A DNA stretch of 64,000 bases from an uncultured delta proteobacterium (GTDB lineage: Bacteria > Myxococcota_A > Polyangia > Polyangiales > JAFGIB01), in the NCBI GenBank assembly GCA_963778655.1, contig CAVZVA010000010.1, positions 1,376,001-1,440,000 of the forward strand, written 5' to 3'. Position numbers and translations under genes: made by a program. Under the pieces are notes generated by a model. The model was not told the origin of the DNA. It did no database searches and was given only the letters and a program-made list of their open reading frames with translations. Numbering within the stretch: position 1 is the stretch's first letter; each line of letters opens with the position of its first letter. This document shows positions 11,608 through 20,846 of the stretch, in pieces.

Positions 11608-13331
11608 GCCGCAAGCATCCATTCACCGCGCAGTGCGTCTCTCTCGGTCTGATCTGCGGCCTGCTCGGCGGCTGCGCCACCGCGGCCGCGCCGGTCGCCC
11701 AGAAGCCGACCGTTGCCACTCCGGCCACCACCACGGTCGCGGTGGAGAAGGCCCCCGTGCCCAAGCAGCAGCCGCCTGCGCCCGGACCGCAGCAGCCGGC
11801 GCGCTTTCCGGCGATCGCGCGCAGCCAGAGCCCGAACGGCCTCGAGCTCGACACGGTGGAGATGCACGAGCTGCCGGTGGTCGACATCAAGCTGGTGGTG
11901 CGCAGCGGCAGCGCGGCCGACCCCAAGGACATGCCGGGGCTGGCGCACCTGACCGCGGCGATGCTCAAGGAGGGCACGCGCAAGCACAGCAGCGCCAAGC
12001 TTGCCGAGGTCATCGATTTCCTGGGCGCGCGCCTCGACGTCGACAACGACGCGGACGGTAGCTACGTCGAGATCAAGATCCTGCGCGATCACTTCGACGA
12101 GGCGCTCGGGCTGCTGGCTGAGATCGCGCGCGAGCCGGCGTTCAAGCAGGACGAGCTCGACAAGCTCAAGAAGCGCGAGCTGGCGCGGCTCGAGCTGCAG
12201 TCGCAGAACCCGCGCTTTCTGGCCAGCCGCGAGCTGCACAAGGCGCTCTACGGCGAGCACCCCTACGCGCACGTCGACACCACCAAGGCCGTGGTCCAGC
12301 GCGTCAAGCGCAGCGACCTGAGCCGCTGGCACGCGGCGCACTACGTGCCCAACAACGCGTTTCTGGTGGTGGTCGGCGACGTCACTGCCGACCAGGTCCA
12401 GCGCGCCGCCGACCATGCCTTCGCCGGCTGGAGCAAGCGCGCCGTGCCCGCGGTCGAGGGGACGCTTCCGTCCCCCCGCACGCAGCGCGAGGTGGTGCTG
12501 GTCGATCGCCCGAAGTCGGTGCAGTCCGTGATCTACGACGGCGATCTGGCGCTGGCGCGCCGCGACCCCGACTACATCCCGCTGCTGGTGGCCAACCAGG
12601 TGCTGGGCGGCTCGGCCGCGTCGCGCCTGTTCATGGACCTGCGCGAGAAGCGCAGCCTAACCTACGGCGCATACAGCGACGTCGGCGAGCTGGTGCAGAT
12701 CGCGCCCTTCACCGCGTTCGCGGCGGTGCGCACGGAGGTCACCGGACAGGCGCTCGCGGCTTTCGACGAGCACCTGCACCGGATCGTGCGCGAGGCGCCA
12801 CCGCAGGGCGAGCTCGACGACGCCAAGCACTTCCTGATCGATCGCTTCCCGCTGCGCATCGAGAGCGTGGACAAGATCGCGGAATTGGTCGCCGACCTGC
12901 GCACCTACGGCCTGCCCGATGACTACTGGAACCACTTCAACCAGCAGATCGCGGCGGTGACTGCGCCGCAGGCGCTGGCAGCCGCGCAAAAGTACATTCG
13001 TCCCGACAAGAGCGTGATCGTGGTGGTGGGCGAGGCGGCCGCGATCAAGAGCGCGCTGGAGCCCTACGGGCCGATCACCGTGGTCGACACCGAAGGCAAG
13101 CTGGTGCTCAAGCCGCAGCCCGCGCCGCCCGCGGCCGCGCCCGCCGCGCCGGCCGCGGCGCAGCCGCAGGCCAAGGCGGCGCCCGCCGCCGGCAAGGCTG
13201 CGCCGGCGGTCGCACCCCAGGCCAAGGCGGCCGCGCCGGCCCCGCCGGCGGTCGCAAAGCCCGCTGCGCCGGCCACGCTTCCCGCCGCGGCCCCGGCGGC
13301 TGCCGCCGGCCACCCAGGCAAGGAGCACTGA
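11604..13331 (+). CDS. M16 family peptidase, non-catalytic partner, lipoprotein
   Basis: Lipobox LLGGC; GLAHLTAAML lacks HxxEH; SRLFMDLREKRSLTYG; ATGA overlap with the previous gene. Confidence 0.9.
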   Translation: MSRKHPFTAQCVSLGLICGLLGGCATAAAPVAQKPTVATPATTTVAVEKAPVPKQQPPAPGPQQPARFPAIARSQSPNGLELDTVEMHELPVVDIKLVVRSGSAADPKDMPGLAHLTAAMLKEGTRKHSSAKLAEVIDFLGARLDVDNDADGSYVEIKILRDHFDEALGLLAEIAREPAFKQDELDKLKKRELARLELQSQNPRFLASRELHKALYGEHPYAHVDTTKAVVQRVKRSDLSRWHAAHYVPNNAFLVVVGDVTADQVQRAADHAFAGWSKRAVPAVEGTLPSPRTQREVVLVDRPKSVQSVIYDGDLALARRDPDYIPLLVANQVLGGSAASRLFMDLREKRSLTYGAYSDVGELVQIAPFTAFAAVRTEVTGQALAAFDEHLHRIVREAPPQGELDDAKHFLIDRFPLRIESVDKIAELVADLRTYGLPDDYWNHFNQQIAAVTAPQALAAAQKYIRPDKSVIVVVGEAAAIKSALEPYGPITVVDTEGKLVLKPQPAPPAAAPAAPAAAQPQAKAAPAAGKAAPAVAPQAKAAAPAPPAVAKPAAPATLPAAAPAAAAGHPGKEH

Positions 13332-13334
13332 GCC

Positions 13335-15167
13335 ATGTGCGGCATCGTCGGCTACGTCGGCCAGCAGCAGTGCGCCCCGATCCTGGTGGATGGCCTGCGC
13401 CGGCTGGAGTACCGCGGCTACGACTCGGCCGGCTTGGCCGTGCACGACGGCCACAAGATCCGCGTGGTGCGCGCGGTCGGCAAGCTGCACGAGCTGGAGA
13501 AGGCGCTTGCGGCGACCCCGCTCGCAGGCACTACCGGCATCGGCCACACGCGCTGGGCCACGCACGGGCGCGTCTCTGAGATCAATGCACACCCGCACGT
13601 CGCAGGTCAGGTCGCGGTGATCCACAACGGCATCATCGAGAACCACATGGCGCTGCGCGCGCGGCTGGAGAAGGCTGGCGCGCGCGTGGTCAGCGACACC
13701 GATACCGAAATCATCGCACACCTGATCGACGAGCAGATCAGGCAGGGCAAGGATCTGGTGCAGGCGGTGCGCGAGGCGCTGCCGCAGGTCGAGGGCTCGT
13801 ACGCGATCGCGGTGGCCGCCGAGGCCGACCCCGACCGGCTGGTGGTGGCCAAGAACGCCTCGCCGCTGGTGATCGGCCTGGGCGAGGGCGAGAGCTTCTG
13901 CGGCAGTGACATTCCGGCGCTGCTGCCCTACACGCGCCGCATGATTATCCTGGAGGACGGTCAGATGGCCGTGCTGAGCCGCGACCAGGTACGCGTCAGC
14001 ACGCTCGACGGCACCGCGGTCGAGCCCCAGGTGCGCACCATCGACTGGTCGCCGGTGATGGCCGAGAAGTCCGGCTACAAGCACTTCATGCTCAAGGAGA
14101 TCTTCGAGCAGCCGCGCGCGATCGAGGATACGCTGCGCGGGCGGCTCGACCGTGAGCACGCAGACGTGATCGCCGACGAGATCGGGCTCTCGGCCGAGAT
14201 CGCGCGAGGCATCGAGCGCATCTGCCTGGTCGCCTGCGGCACCAGCCATCACGCGGCGATGACCGGGCGCTACTACTTCGAGCGCCTGGCCAAGGTGCCG
14301 ACCTCGGTCGAGCTGGCCAGCGAGTTCCGCGCGCGCGATCCGGTGGTGACGCCAAACGACCTGGTGATCGCGCTGAGCCAATCGGGCGAGACGCTCGACA
14401 CGCTGATGGCTGCGCGCCTGGCCAAGCAGAAGGGTGCGCGCGTGCTGGCCATCGCCAATGTGATGGGCAGCGCCATCCCGCGCCTGGCCGACGGCGAGCT
14501 CTACACCCGCGCCGGTCCCGAGATCGGCGTGGCCTCGACCAAGTGCTTCACCACGCAGCTGTGCGCGCTGCTTATGCTGGCGGTCTACGTCGGCCGCCGT
14601 CGCGACGCGCTCAGCGAGGATCGCGCCCGCGAGCTGGTCGAGGGCATGGCGCGGCTGCCGCAGCTGATGCGCGAGGTGCTGCAGGGCACCCGCCAGCTGG
14701 TGGCCAGCCTGGCGCGCCGCTACCTCGAGGCGCGCGACGTGCTGTTCCTGGGCCGCGGTCTGAACTTTCCGATCGCGCTCGAGGGGGCGCTCAAGCTCAA
14801 AGAGATCTCCTACGTGCACGCCGAGGGCTACGCTGCCGGCGAGATGAAGCACGGACCGATCGCGCTGATCGACAACAGCGTGCCGGTGGTGGTGCTGGTG
14901 CCGCGTGACGAGTTCCGCGACAAGAGCATGAGCAACCTGCAGGAAGCCAAGGCGCGCGGCGCGCGTATCATCGCCATCGCCACCGAGGGCGACGAGGAGG
15001 CGCGGCGGCTCGCCGACGAGGTGATCGAGATTCCTGCGGCCGAGAGCGAGCTGCTGCCTCTGCTGACCGTGCTGCCGCTGCAGCTCTACGCCTACTATGT
15101 GGCCGACCTCAAGGGCACCGACGTGGACCAGCCGCGCAACCTCGCCAAGACGGTGACGGTGGAGTAG
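13335..15167 (+). CDS. glmS: glutamine--fructose-6-phosphate transaminase
   Basis: MCGIVG, LEYRGYDSAG, GHTRWATHG, SQSGET, EMKHGPIAL, PRNLAKTVTVE. Confidence 0.99.
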   Translation: MCGIVGYVGQQQCAPILVDGLRRLEYRGYDSAGLAVHDGHKIRVVRAVGKLHELEKALAATPLAGTTGIGHTRWATHGRVSEINAHPHVAGQVAVIHNGIIENHMALRARLEKAGARVVSDTDTEIIAHLIDEQIRQGKDLVQAVREALPQVEGSYAIAVAAEADPDRLVVAKNASPLVIGLGEGESFCGSDIPALLPYTRRMIILEDGQMAVLSRDQVRVSTLDGTAVEPQVRTIDWSPVMAEKSGYKHFMLKEIFEQPRAIEDTLRGRLDREHADVIADEIGLSAEIARGIERICLVACGTSHHAAMTGRYYFERLAKVPTSVELASEFRARDPVVTPNDLVIALSQSGETLDTLMAARLAKQKGARVLAIANVMGSAIPRLADGELYTRAGPEIGVASTKCFTTQLCALLMLAVYVGRRRDALSEDRARELVEGMARLPQLMREVLQGTRQLVASLARRYLEARDVLFLGRGLNFPIALEGALKLKEISYVHAEGYAAGEMKHGPIALIDNSVPVVVLVPRDEFRDKSMSNLQEAKARGARIIAIATEGDEEARRLADEVIEIPAAESELLPLLTVLPLQLYAYYVADLKGTDVDQPRNLAKTVTVE

Positions 15168-15188
15168 CTTCGGGCGGTGCTCGGCCAG

Positions 15189-16007
15189 ATGCGGATCGCG
15201 GTGGTGGTGCCCGCGTACAACGAGGCGCTGCACCTCGCGCGCGTGCTGGGCACGCTACCGGCCTTCGTCGATCACGTCGTGGTAGTCGACGACGCCAGCG
15301 ACGACGGCACTTGCGCGGTGGCGCTCGCTGCCGGCGACGCGCGCGTGGAGCTGCTGCGCCACGCCCGCAACCGCGGCGTAGGCGCCGCGCTCAAGAGCGG
15401 CTACGCGCGCGCCTTCGCGGCGGGCGCGGAGGTGGTGGCGGTGATGGCCGGTGACGGTCAGATGCACCCCGACGACCTGCCGGCCTTGCTCGCACCCGTG
15501 CTCGCTGGCGAGGCCGACTACGTCAAGGGCGACCGGCTGTCGCACCCGCTGGCGCGCGCGCGCATGCCGCTGCCGCGTCTGATCGGCAATCACCTGCTGA
15601 GCGCGCTCACGCGCCTGTGCGTGGGCGCACCGGTGCGCGACTCGCAGTGCGGCTACACCGCGCTCAGCCGCCGTGGGCTTTCGCGGCTCCCGTTGCACCG
15701 GATGTGGGAGGGCTACGGCTACCCCAACGACCTGCTCGGCCGGCTCGCGATCGCGGGCCTGCGCGTGCGCGACGTGGTGGTGAGGCCGGTGTACGGCAGC
15801 GAGCGCAGCGGTATCGGGCTGCGCCACGCGTTGCTGGTGATCCCCTTCGTGCTCGCGCGCGTGCTGTTGCGGCGCATGGCGGCCGCGTCGCGCCGTGCCG
15901 CGCGCAGGACCGACCCGCGGCCCGAGCTGCCCGCCGCCGAGCCGGGCGCGGTCGCCTCGCAGCCGCTCTACGCCACGCTACCTTCGCTGCCGAGCCTGGA
16001 GCCGTGA
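15189..16007 (+). CDS. glycosyltransferase family 2 (DPM/DPG synthase-like)
   Basis: VVVPAYNE, VVVDDASDD, NRGVGAA, AGDGQMHPDD, DSQCGY. Confidence 0.9.
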   Translation: MRIAVVVPAYNEALHLARVLGTLPAFVDHVVVVDDASDDGTCAVALAAGDARVELLRHARNRGVGAALKSGYARAFAAGAEVVAVMAGDGQMHPDDLPALLAPVLAGEADYVKGDRLSHPLARARMPLPRLIGNHLLSALTRLCVGAPVRDSQCGYTALSRRGLSRLPLHRMWEGYGYPNDLLGRLAIAGLRVRDVVVRPVYGSERSGIGLRHALLVIPFVLARVLLRRMAAASRRAARRTDPRPELPAAEPGAVASQPLYATLPSLPSLEP

Positions 16008-16040
16008 GCGCGCTTCCCCCCGCGCTCTGACGAGACCGTC

Positions 16041-17225
16041 ATGCACATCGGCCTGCTGACCACCAGCTTCCCGCGCCACCCGGGCGACGTGGCCGGCGAT
16101 TTCGTGCTCGGTTTCGCGCGTGCGCTGGCGCAGCGCGGTCACAGCTTCGAGGTGCTCGCGCCCGAGCCGGCCCAGCGGCTGCCGAAGCCGGCCTGGCCGG
16201 GCATCGAGCTGTGCTGGGTGCCCTACTTCTGGCCGCGCGGCGCGCAGCGCACGTTTTACGGCGCCGGCGTGCCAGACAACCTGCGTCGCGATCCGCGCGC
16301 CTGGCTCGGGCCGCTGCCGTTCTGCGCGGCGCTGCTGCGCGCGGCGGCCGCGCGGCGCGCGCGCTGGGACGCGCTGGTCAGCCACTGGGCGCTGCCCTGC
16401 GGCCTGCTCGCGGGCGCGCTGCGGCAGCAGCGGCCGCACCTGGCCGTGCTGCACTCGGCGGACCTGCACCTGCTCGCGCGTCTGCCCGGGCGCGCGCGAC
16501 TCGCGGCCGACATCGCGCGCGGCGCGAGCCAGCTGCTGTTCGTGTCCGCCCAGCAGCGCGAGCGCTTCGTCGGCTGGCTCGGGCCCGGGCTCGCGCCCGC
16601 TGCGCGCGCGCGCAGCCGCGTGCACCCGATGGGCATCGACGGGGCGGCGCGGATCCGCGCGCCACGCGCGCTCGAGCGCCGCCGGCTCGGGCTCGAGCGC
16701 TTCACCTTGCTGAGCATCGGGCGGCTGGTGCCGGTCAAGGGCCTGGTCGAGGCGGTGGGCGCGCTGCGCGCGCGCGGCGACCTCGAGTGGTTGATCGCGG
16801 GCGAGGGTCCGGAACGCGCCCGGCTCGAGCGGCTCGCGCGCGGCGCGCGGCTGCGCGTGCGCCTGCTCGGCACCGTCACCGGGGCACGCAAACAGGCGCT
16901 GCTGGGGGCCGCGGACGCGTTCGTGCTGCCCTCGCGTGTGCTCGCCTCCGGCCGCTCCGAGGGTGTGCCCACGGCGTTGCTCGAGGCGATGGCGGCCGGG
17001 CTTCCAGCGGTGGCCGCGGACGTAGGCGGCGTGCCCGAGGTGCTGCGCCACCAGCACAGCGGGCTGCTGTTCGATCCGCGCGCGCCCGGCGCGCTCGAGG
17101 CCGCGATCGATCGGCTGCTGGCTGCGCCCGAGCTCGCGCGCGCGCTCGGCGCCCGGGGCGCGGAGCAGGGCGCGCGCCACCACTGGAGCGCGCTGGCGCC
17201 CGAGCTCGAGCGGCTGCTGCGCTGA
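16041..17225 (+). CDS. glycosyltransferase family 4
   Basis: TTSFPR, SHWALP, GRLVPVKG, GEGPER, FVLPS, EGVPTALLEAMAAG. Confidence 0.92.
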   Translation: MHIGLLTTSFPRHPGDVAGDFVLGFARALAQRGHSFEVLAPEPAQRLPKPAWPGIELCWVPYFWPRGAQRTFYGAGVPDNLRRDPRAWLGPLPFCAALLRAAAARRARWDALVSHWALPCGLLAGALRQQRPHLAVLHSADLHLLARLPGRARLAADIARGASQLLFVSAQQRERFVGWLGPGLAPAARARSRVHPMGIDGAARIRAPRALERRRLGLERFTLLSIGRLVPVKGLVEAVGALRARGDLEWLIAGEGPERARLERLARGARLRVRLLGTVTGARKQALLGAADAFVLPSRVLASGRSEGVPTALLEAMAAGLPAVAADVGGVPEVLRHQHSGLLFDPRAPGALEAAIDRLLAAPELARALGARGAEQGARHHWSALAPELERLLR

Positions 17226-17238
17226 GCACCGCCGCGGC

Positions 17239-17961
17239 TCACAGCTTGACGTCGCGCGTGCCTTTGGGGGGCTGCCAGTCGAACAGCGCGGAGGACACCC
17301 CGCTGTTGAACTTGAGCGCGCTGAAATCGAAGCGGTTGCGGTTGCCCGACGGATCCACGATCACGACCCGCCGCACCAGCCCGCGTAGCGCCGGGGTGCG
17401 CTCCACGTAGAACAGGATGCGCTGGTACTGCGGCGTGGGGCGCTTGGGCCGCAGCTCGAGCACGTCGCCGCCCGGAAAGCCTTCGTGCGCAGGATCGAGC
17501 AGGCCGAAGGTGAAGCTGTCCTGCAGCTTGCCGGTGCCCATCAGAAACGACAGCGCCTGCGGAAGCTGTGCTTGGGAGATGGGTTGCCGTGCGACCTGAC
17601 CCGGCTCGCCGTCCTCACCCGGCTCGTACACCAGCAGCGTCTTGCCGTTGCTCACCACCACCTTGCCGTTGGGCTGGGCGTAGTCCCAGCGCATCATCCC
17701 CGGCTTCTTGAATACCACCCGCCCCTTGGAGCGATCGACGCGTTTGTAGAGCTTGTTGACGTAGGTCTGGAAGAAGCTGGCGCTGACGTCGGTCGTCTGG
17801 TCGTAGAACGCCTGCACCGACGCCGCCACCGCCTGCGCTGCGGCGGCGTCCTGCGCGGCGGGCTCGGCCCGCGCGCCAGCGCTTGCAGCGAGCAGGGCCG
17901 CGCCCCCTGCTACCAACACGAAACACGCACGCTGCAGGCTACGGGACAAGTCGCGGGGCAC
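17239..17961 (-). CDS. lolA: outer-membrane lipoprotein carrier LolA
   Basis: Signal peptide; SASFFQ, SKGRVVFKKPGMMRWDY, VVSNGKTLLVYEP, FDWQPPKG. Confidence 0.88.
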   Translation of the reverse strand: MPRDLSRSLQRACFVLVAGGAALLAASAGARAEPAAQDAAAAQAVAASVQAFYDQTTDVSASFFQTYVNKLYKRVDRSKGRVVFKKPGMMRWDYAQPNGKVVVSNGKTLLVYEPGEDGEPGQVARQPISQAQLPQALSFLMGTGKLQDSFTFGLLDPAHEGFPGGDVLELRPKRPTPQYQRILFYVERTPALRGLVRRVVIVDPSGNRNRFDFSALKFNSGVSSALFDWQPPKGTRDVKL

Positions 17962-18183
17962 TCTCTATTCCTGCACTTTCTCGCTGTGATCTCGACGCGT
18001 TGCCGGTGCCGGCTATTCAGGCCCGGGTTATGGGCCCGGCGGGTGTCGCAGGTCAACTGAACAGTGCACGGCCCGGTTGCGATCCCCAGACTGCTTTGAG
18101 ATGCTGGCTCGCAGGGGGCGAGCCGCTTCCACCCTTGGCTTTCATAGGTCCGAGCTTCAGCCCATCTCCGTAAGGGAGTCTCC

Positions 18184-18381
18184 ATGACAAGGCATCGCAA
18201 GCTGGACGTGCAGTCGCAGATCCATCGCCTCGAGCGCAGGCATGGCGACCTGAAGGAGCGTATCGCCGATCTCGATCGGCGAGCCTTTCTGACGGTGCAA
18301 GAGCACCTGCTGGTGACCGAGCTCAAGAAAGAAAAGCTTGCGGCCAAGGACGCGCTGGCGGGCCTGCGGCGCCCGCTCTGA
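18184..18381 (+). CDS. small coiled-coil protein, DUF465/YdcH-like
   Basis: 65 aa, HRLERRHGDLKERI...ELKKEKLAAKD; RBS AAGGGAG upstream. Confidence 0.8.
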   Translation: MTRHRKLDVQSQIHRLERRHGDLKERIADLDRRAFLTVQEHLLVTELKKEKLAAKDALAGLRRPL

Positions 18382-18389
18382 AGCGGAGA

Positions 18390-18403
18390 CTAGTCCCCTG
18401 GAC
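18390..18403. repeat. solo terminal remnant of the CTAG MITE-like element
   Basis: CTAGTCCCCTGGAC is identical (14/14) to 5469-5482 and lies between two convergent stops. Confidence 0.55.
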
Positions 18404-18413
18404 TGGCGGCCGG

Positions 18414-18830
18414 TCAGATCGTGTCGGGACGCAACGGATTGCGGGCGTGCCACGACGCGCTGGTCGGCATCACTTCCTGCAGCGTGCGCTGCATGACTGG
18501 TTGCCAACCGGGAGGCAAGCGTGCGGGGTCCTCGGCGTTGAGCGCGTCGGCGATGGCCAGGTAGTGTAGGGCGTCGTCCCGCTGCCCGAGGCGGAACGCG
18601 GTCATGCCGCGCAAGTAGTAGAAACGCGCCAGCTCGGACGGATGCATGGCGTGGGTCTGCGGCTCGAGCTCGCCGAGCCAGCGTTGCGCATCCTCGTAGC
18701 GCGCGTCCTTGTACAGGAGCTGGGCGGTGTGCAGCTCGCCGCCGATCGAGGTGCAGCCGCAGGCCCAGCCCGCGCACGCCGCGGCCAGCACCAGAACGAC
18801 CGCTCCGGGGCGATGCCTGGAGGACGCCAT
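18414..18830 (-). CDS. hypothetical TPR-like lipoprotein
   Basis: Hydrophobic leader ending WACGC; helical YYLRGMTAFRLGQRDDALHYL. Confidence 0.7.
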   Translation of the reverse strand: MASSRHRPGAVVLVLAAACAGWACGCTSIGGELHTAQLLYKDARYEDAQRWLGELEPQTHAMHPSELARFYYLRGMTAFRLGQRDDALHYLAIADALNAEDPARLPPGWQPVMQRTLQEVMPTSASWHARNPLRPDTI

Positions 18831-18900
18831 CGAGCCGCAGCCTACACCAAGCCAGGCTGGGCCCGGCCTGCGTCCCGCCCCCGCGCAGCCGGGCTGTCGC

Positions 18901-18948
18901 AGAAAAAAGAAAAGCCCAAACGTGCCGAAGCCGTTTGGGCTTTTTTCT
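18901..18948 (-). terminator. intrinsic terminator (possibly bidirectional)
   Basis: Stem AAAAGCCCAAACG (18910-18922) pairs with CGTTTGGGCTTTT (18932-18944). On the minus strand it has a cUUCGg loop and a UUUUCUUUUUUCU tail. Confidence 0.85.
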
Positions 18949-19190
18949 GCGGACCGCTCTGGAGCTCCCGCCGCAGGAGGGCGGTCCCCATTATTCTCGG
19001 CTCAAGACGTCAGGACGTCCGGCGCATAGCGCCCGGCTCGAAGGCTAGGAAACCCGAAGGCTAAGTCAGTCGAAGGCTAGGTCACCCAAAAGCTAGGCAA
19101 AGAGCGAAGGAGGCTAAGGCAAGATCAAGTGTCGGCGCCAAGCAACGAAGCCAAAGGAATCTAGGTTGCTACGCGAAGCTAGAAAGCCAC
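18901..19190 (-). ncRNA. candidate sigma54-dependent small RNA with repeated YUAGCYUU motifs
   Basis: Bounded by a consensus -24/-12 promoter and a terminator. Pyrimidine-rich with repeated motifs; no minus-strand ORF in the track covers it. Confidence 0.65.
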
Positions 19191-19200
19191 CGCGGACCGA

Positions 19201-19217
19201 TGCAAGCTGAGTGCCAG
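19201..19217 (-). promoter_or_regulatory. sigma54 (-24/-12) promoter
   Basis: Minus strand reads CTGGCACTCAGCTTGCA, which is TGGCAC-N5-TTGCA with exact GG-N10-GC spacing. Confidence 0.8.
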
Positions 19218-19333
19218 CTCAGGCAGCCCTCACGCCGTACCCGCCCCAGCTTTGCACCGGCCTGAGATCATTTGGCTTTCCTGGTGTTTCCGAATCCAGC
19301 GAGGCGAGCGCTGGGAGCACCGGCGTCAACCCA

Positions 19334-19351
19334 CATGACATCTGTGTCATG
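19334..19351. promoter_or_regulatory. palindrome, candidate enhancer-binding-protein site
   Basis: CATGACA-TCTG-TGTCATG, a perfect 7-bp inverted repeat about 145-160 bp upstream of the predicted start. Confidence 0.5.
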
Positions 19352-19523
19352 GACACGTGAGAAGTCGTTCAATGTGCTGCACAGCTCGATTTTTGCACAA
19401 CACCGCGCGGCGGCTGGTGATTCGGCTGACAGGGCCCGCTGTGGGGTAGCGCAGGCTGCCGGGCTGTGCGCTATCATGATCTCTGCCGCGGCTTGTTCCC
19501 CACCAAGCTTCGGTACAACGCGA

Positions 19524-20825
19524 ATGGGCATCTGTTCCACGTGTGGTAGCCGACTTGGAGCGGCGGCAGCGCGTTGCCCCAACTGCGGCACCGAGCTTGC
19601 GGACGCGGACGACGAGCCACCGGGGCCGTCGGCGCGCGCGCTCGCCCGCGGCAGCGACGAGCCGTCCATCCGCCGACCGGCCTCGCCCGTGACCGCGCTC
19701 CCGCGCGCGCCGGCGCAGGTGCCGCGCGTGGCCCCGCGTCACAACGCGGCGCTCGACTGGAAGACCCTCGCCCGAGAGGACGAGACCGGTCCGTCTCGTG
19801 CCGCGGCGCTGCGGCCCGCCGAGCCCGAGCGGGCGCCGGACCGCGGCGCCCAGGTGGTGCCGTTGCGTCGCGAGGGCGCCGGTGCGCCCACCTCGACCGA
19901 GCCCGCCGCGGCGGGCTCGGAGCGGCACCCGGTCCCGCCCGCGCCTGAAGCCGCCGCGCGGGCGAGCACGCCTCCGCCCCCTGCGCCCCGACCCGCCTCC
20001 GCCGACGCCAGCGGCCGGGTCACGCCCGCGGCGCAGTCGGCCGCGCGCCCGCCGGTGCTCGCGTCCGAGGCGCTGCGCAAGGATCTCGCGCCGGCTGCTC
20101 CGGCAACCCGGACGGGACGCTTGTGGACCGCGGTGCTCGGTCTGCTCGGCCTGGGTGCGGCGTGGCTGGCGTGCGGCCCGCACGGTCTGGGGGTGCCGAT
20201 GGGCGGCGCGTTCTTGGCTCTGGTGGTGCTCGGGCTGGTGCCGATGCCGTATCCGGCTCGCGCTGCGGCGCTGGTGACCGTCGCCGGCAGCGGGCTGACC
20301 ATCGTGACCGCGCAACGGCTCGAGCGCGCCACCGGCCTCGAGCCGCTGGTGCTGATGGTCGGCACCTGCGTGCTCGCGATGGCACTGCTGTTTCGCAGCT
20401 GGCATCGAGCGTCCTTGCTCTCGCGCGCGCTGGTGCCGCTGGGGATCGCGCTGTGCGCGGGCTGGTTGTGGATGAGCCGCTCGCTGCCCCAGCTGTTGAT
20501 CCTCGACAGCGCGTGGCAGGCCTGGTTGCCGCCGGTGCTGAGCGTGCCGCTGGCGCTGATCCTGATGCTCTCGCTGCTGGCGTTCATGGACTCGCGCTCG
20601 ACCGGCGCCTGCGGCGCCTGGGCGGTGACGCTGCTGGGCTGGTACACGCTGTACACCTGGGTCGAGCTGCTCGGGCGCTACTGGCCCGCCCACAGCGCCG
20701 CGTTCGAGCTCGCGCGAGTCGCGCCCGACAGCGCGCTGGCCTTGCTCAGCGAGCCGCTGTTCACCGCGGGGCTCGCGCTCGGGCTGGCGCAGCTGCTCGC
20801 GGTCGCGACCGCCAGCGAAGAGTAG
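19524..20825 (+). CDS. hypothetical membrane protein with N-terminal zinc ribbon
   Basis: CSTCG...CPNCG zinc ribbon, Pro/Ala-rich linker, multiple C-terminal TM helices. Start trimmed to MGICSTC. Confidence 0.75.
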   Translation: MGICSTCGSRLGAAAARCPNCGTELADADDEPPGPSARALARGSDEPSIRRPASPVTALPRAPAQVPRVAPRHNAALDWKTLAREDETGPSRAAALRPAEPERAPDRGAQVVPLRREGAGAPTSTEPAAAGSERHPVPPAPEAAARASTPPPPAPRPASADASGRVTPAAQSAARPPVLASEALRKDLAPAAPATRTGRLWTAVLGLLGLGAAWLACGPHGLGVPMGGAFLALVVLGLVPMPYPARAAALVTVAGSGLTIVTAQRLERATGLEPLVLMVGTCVLAMALLFRSWHRASLLSRALVPLGIALCAGWLWMSRSLPQLLILDSAWQAWLPPVLSVPLALILMLSLLAFMDSRSTGACGAWAVTLLGWYTLYTWVELLGRYWPAHSAAFELARVAPDSALALLSEPLFTAGLALGLAQLLAVATASEE

Positions 20826-20846
20826 ACGGGCCCCCAAGGGCGGGCC

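Noticed and set aside
13320..13335. glmS ribozyme
   Set aside because: Only 3 bp separate glmS from the upstream stop.
19039..19097. Mini-CRISPR or replication iterons
   Set aside because: The 16-nt period is too short for CRISPR and there is no rep gene. The promoter and terminator context fits an RNA better, although DNA-binding sites are not excluded.
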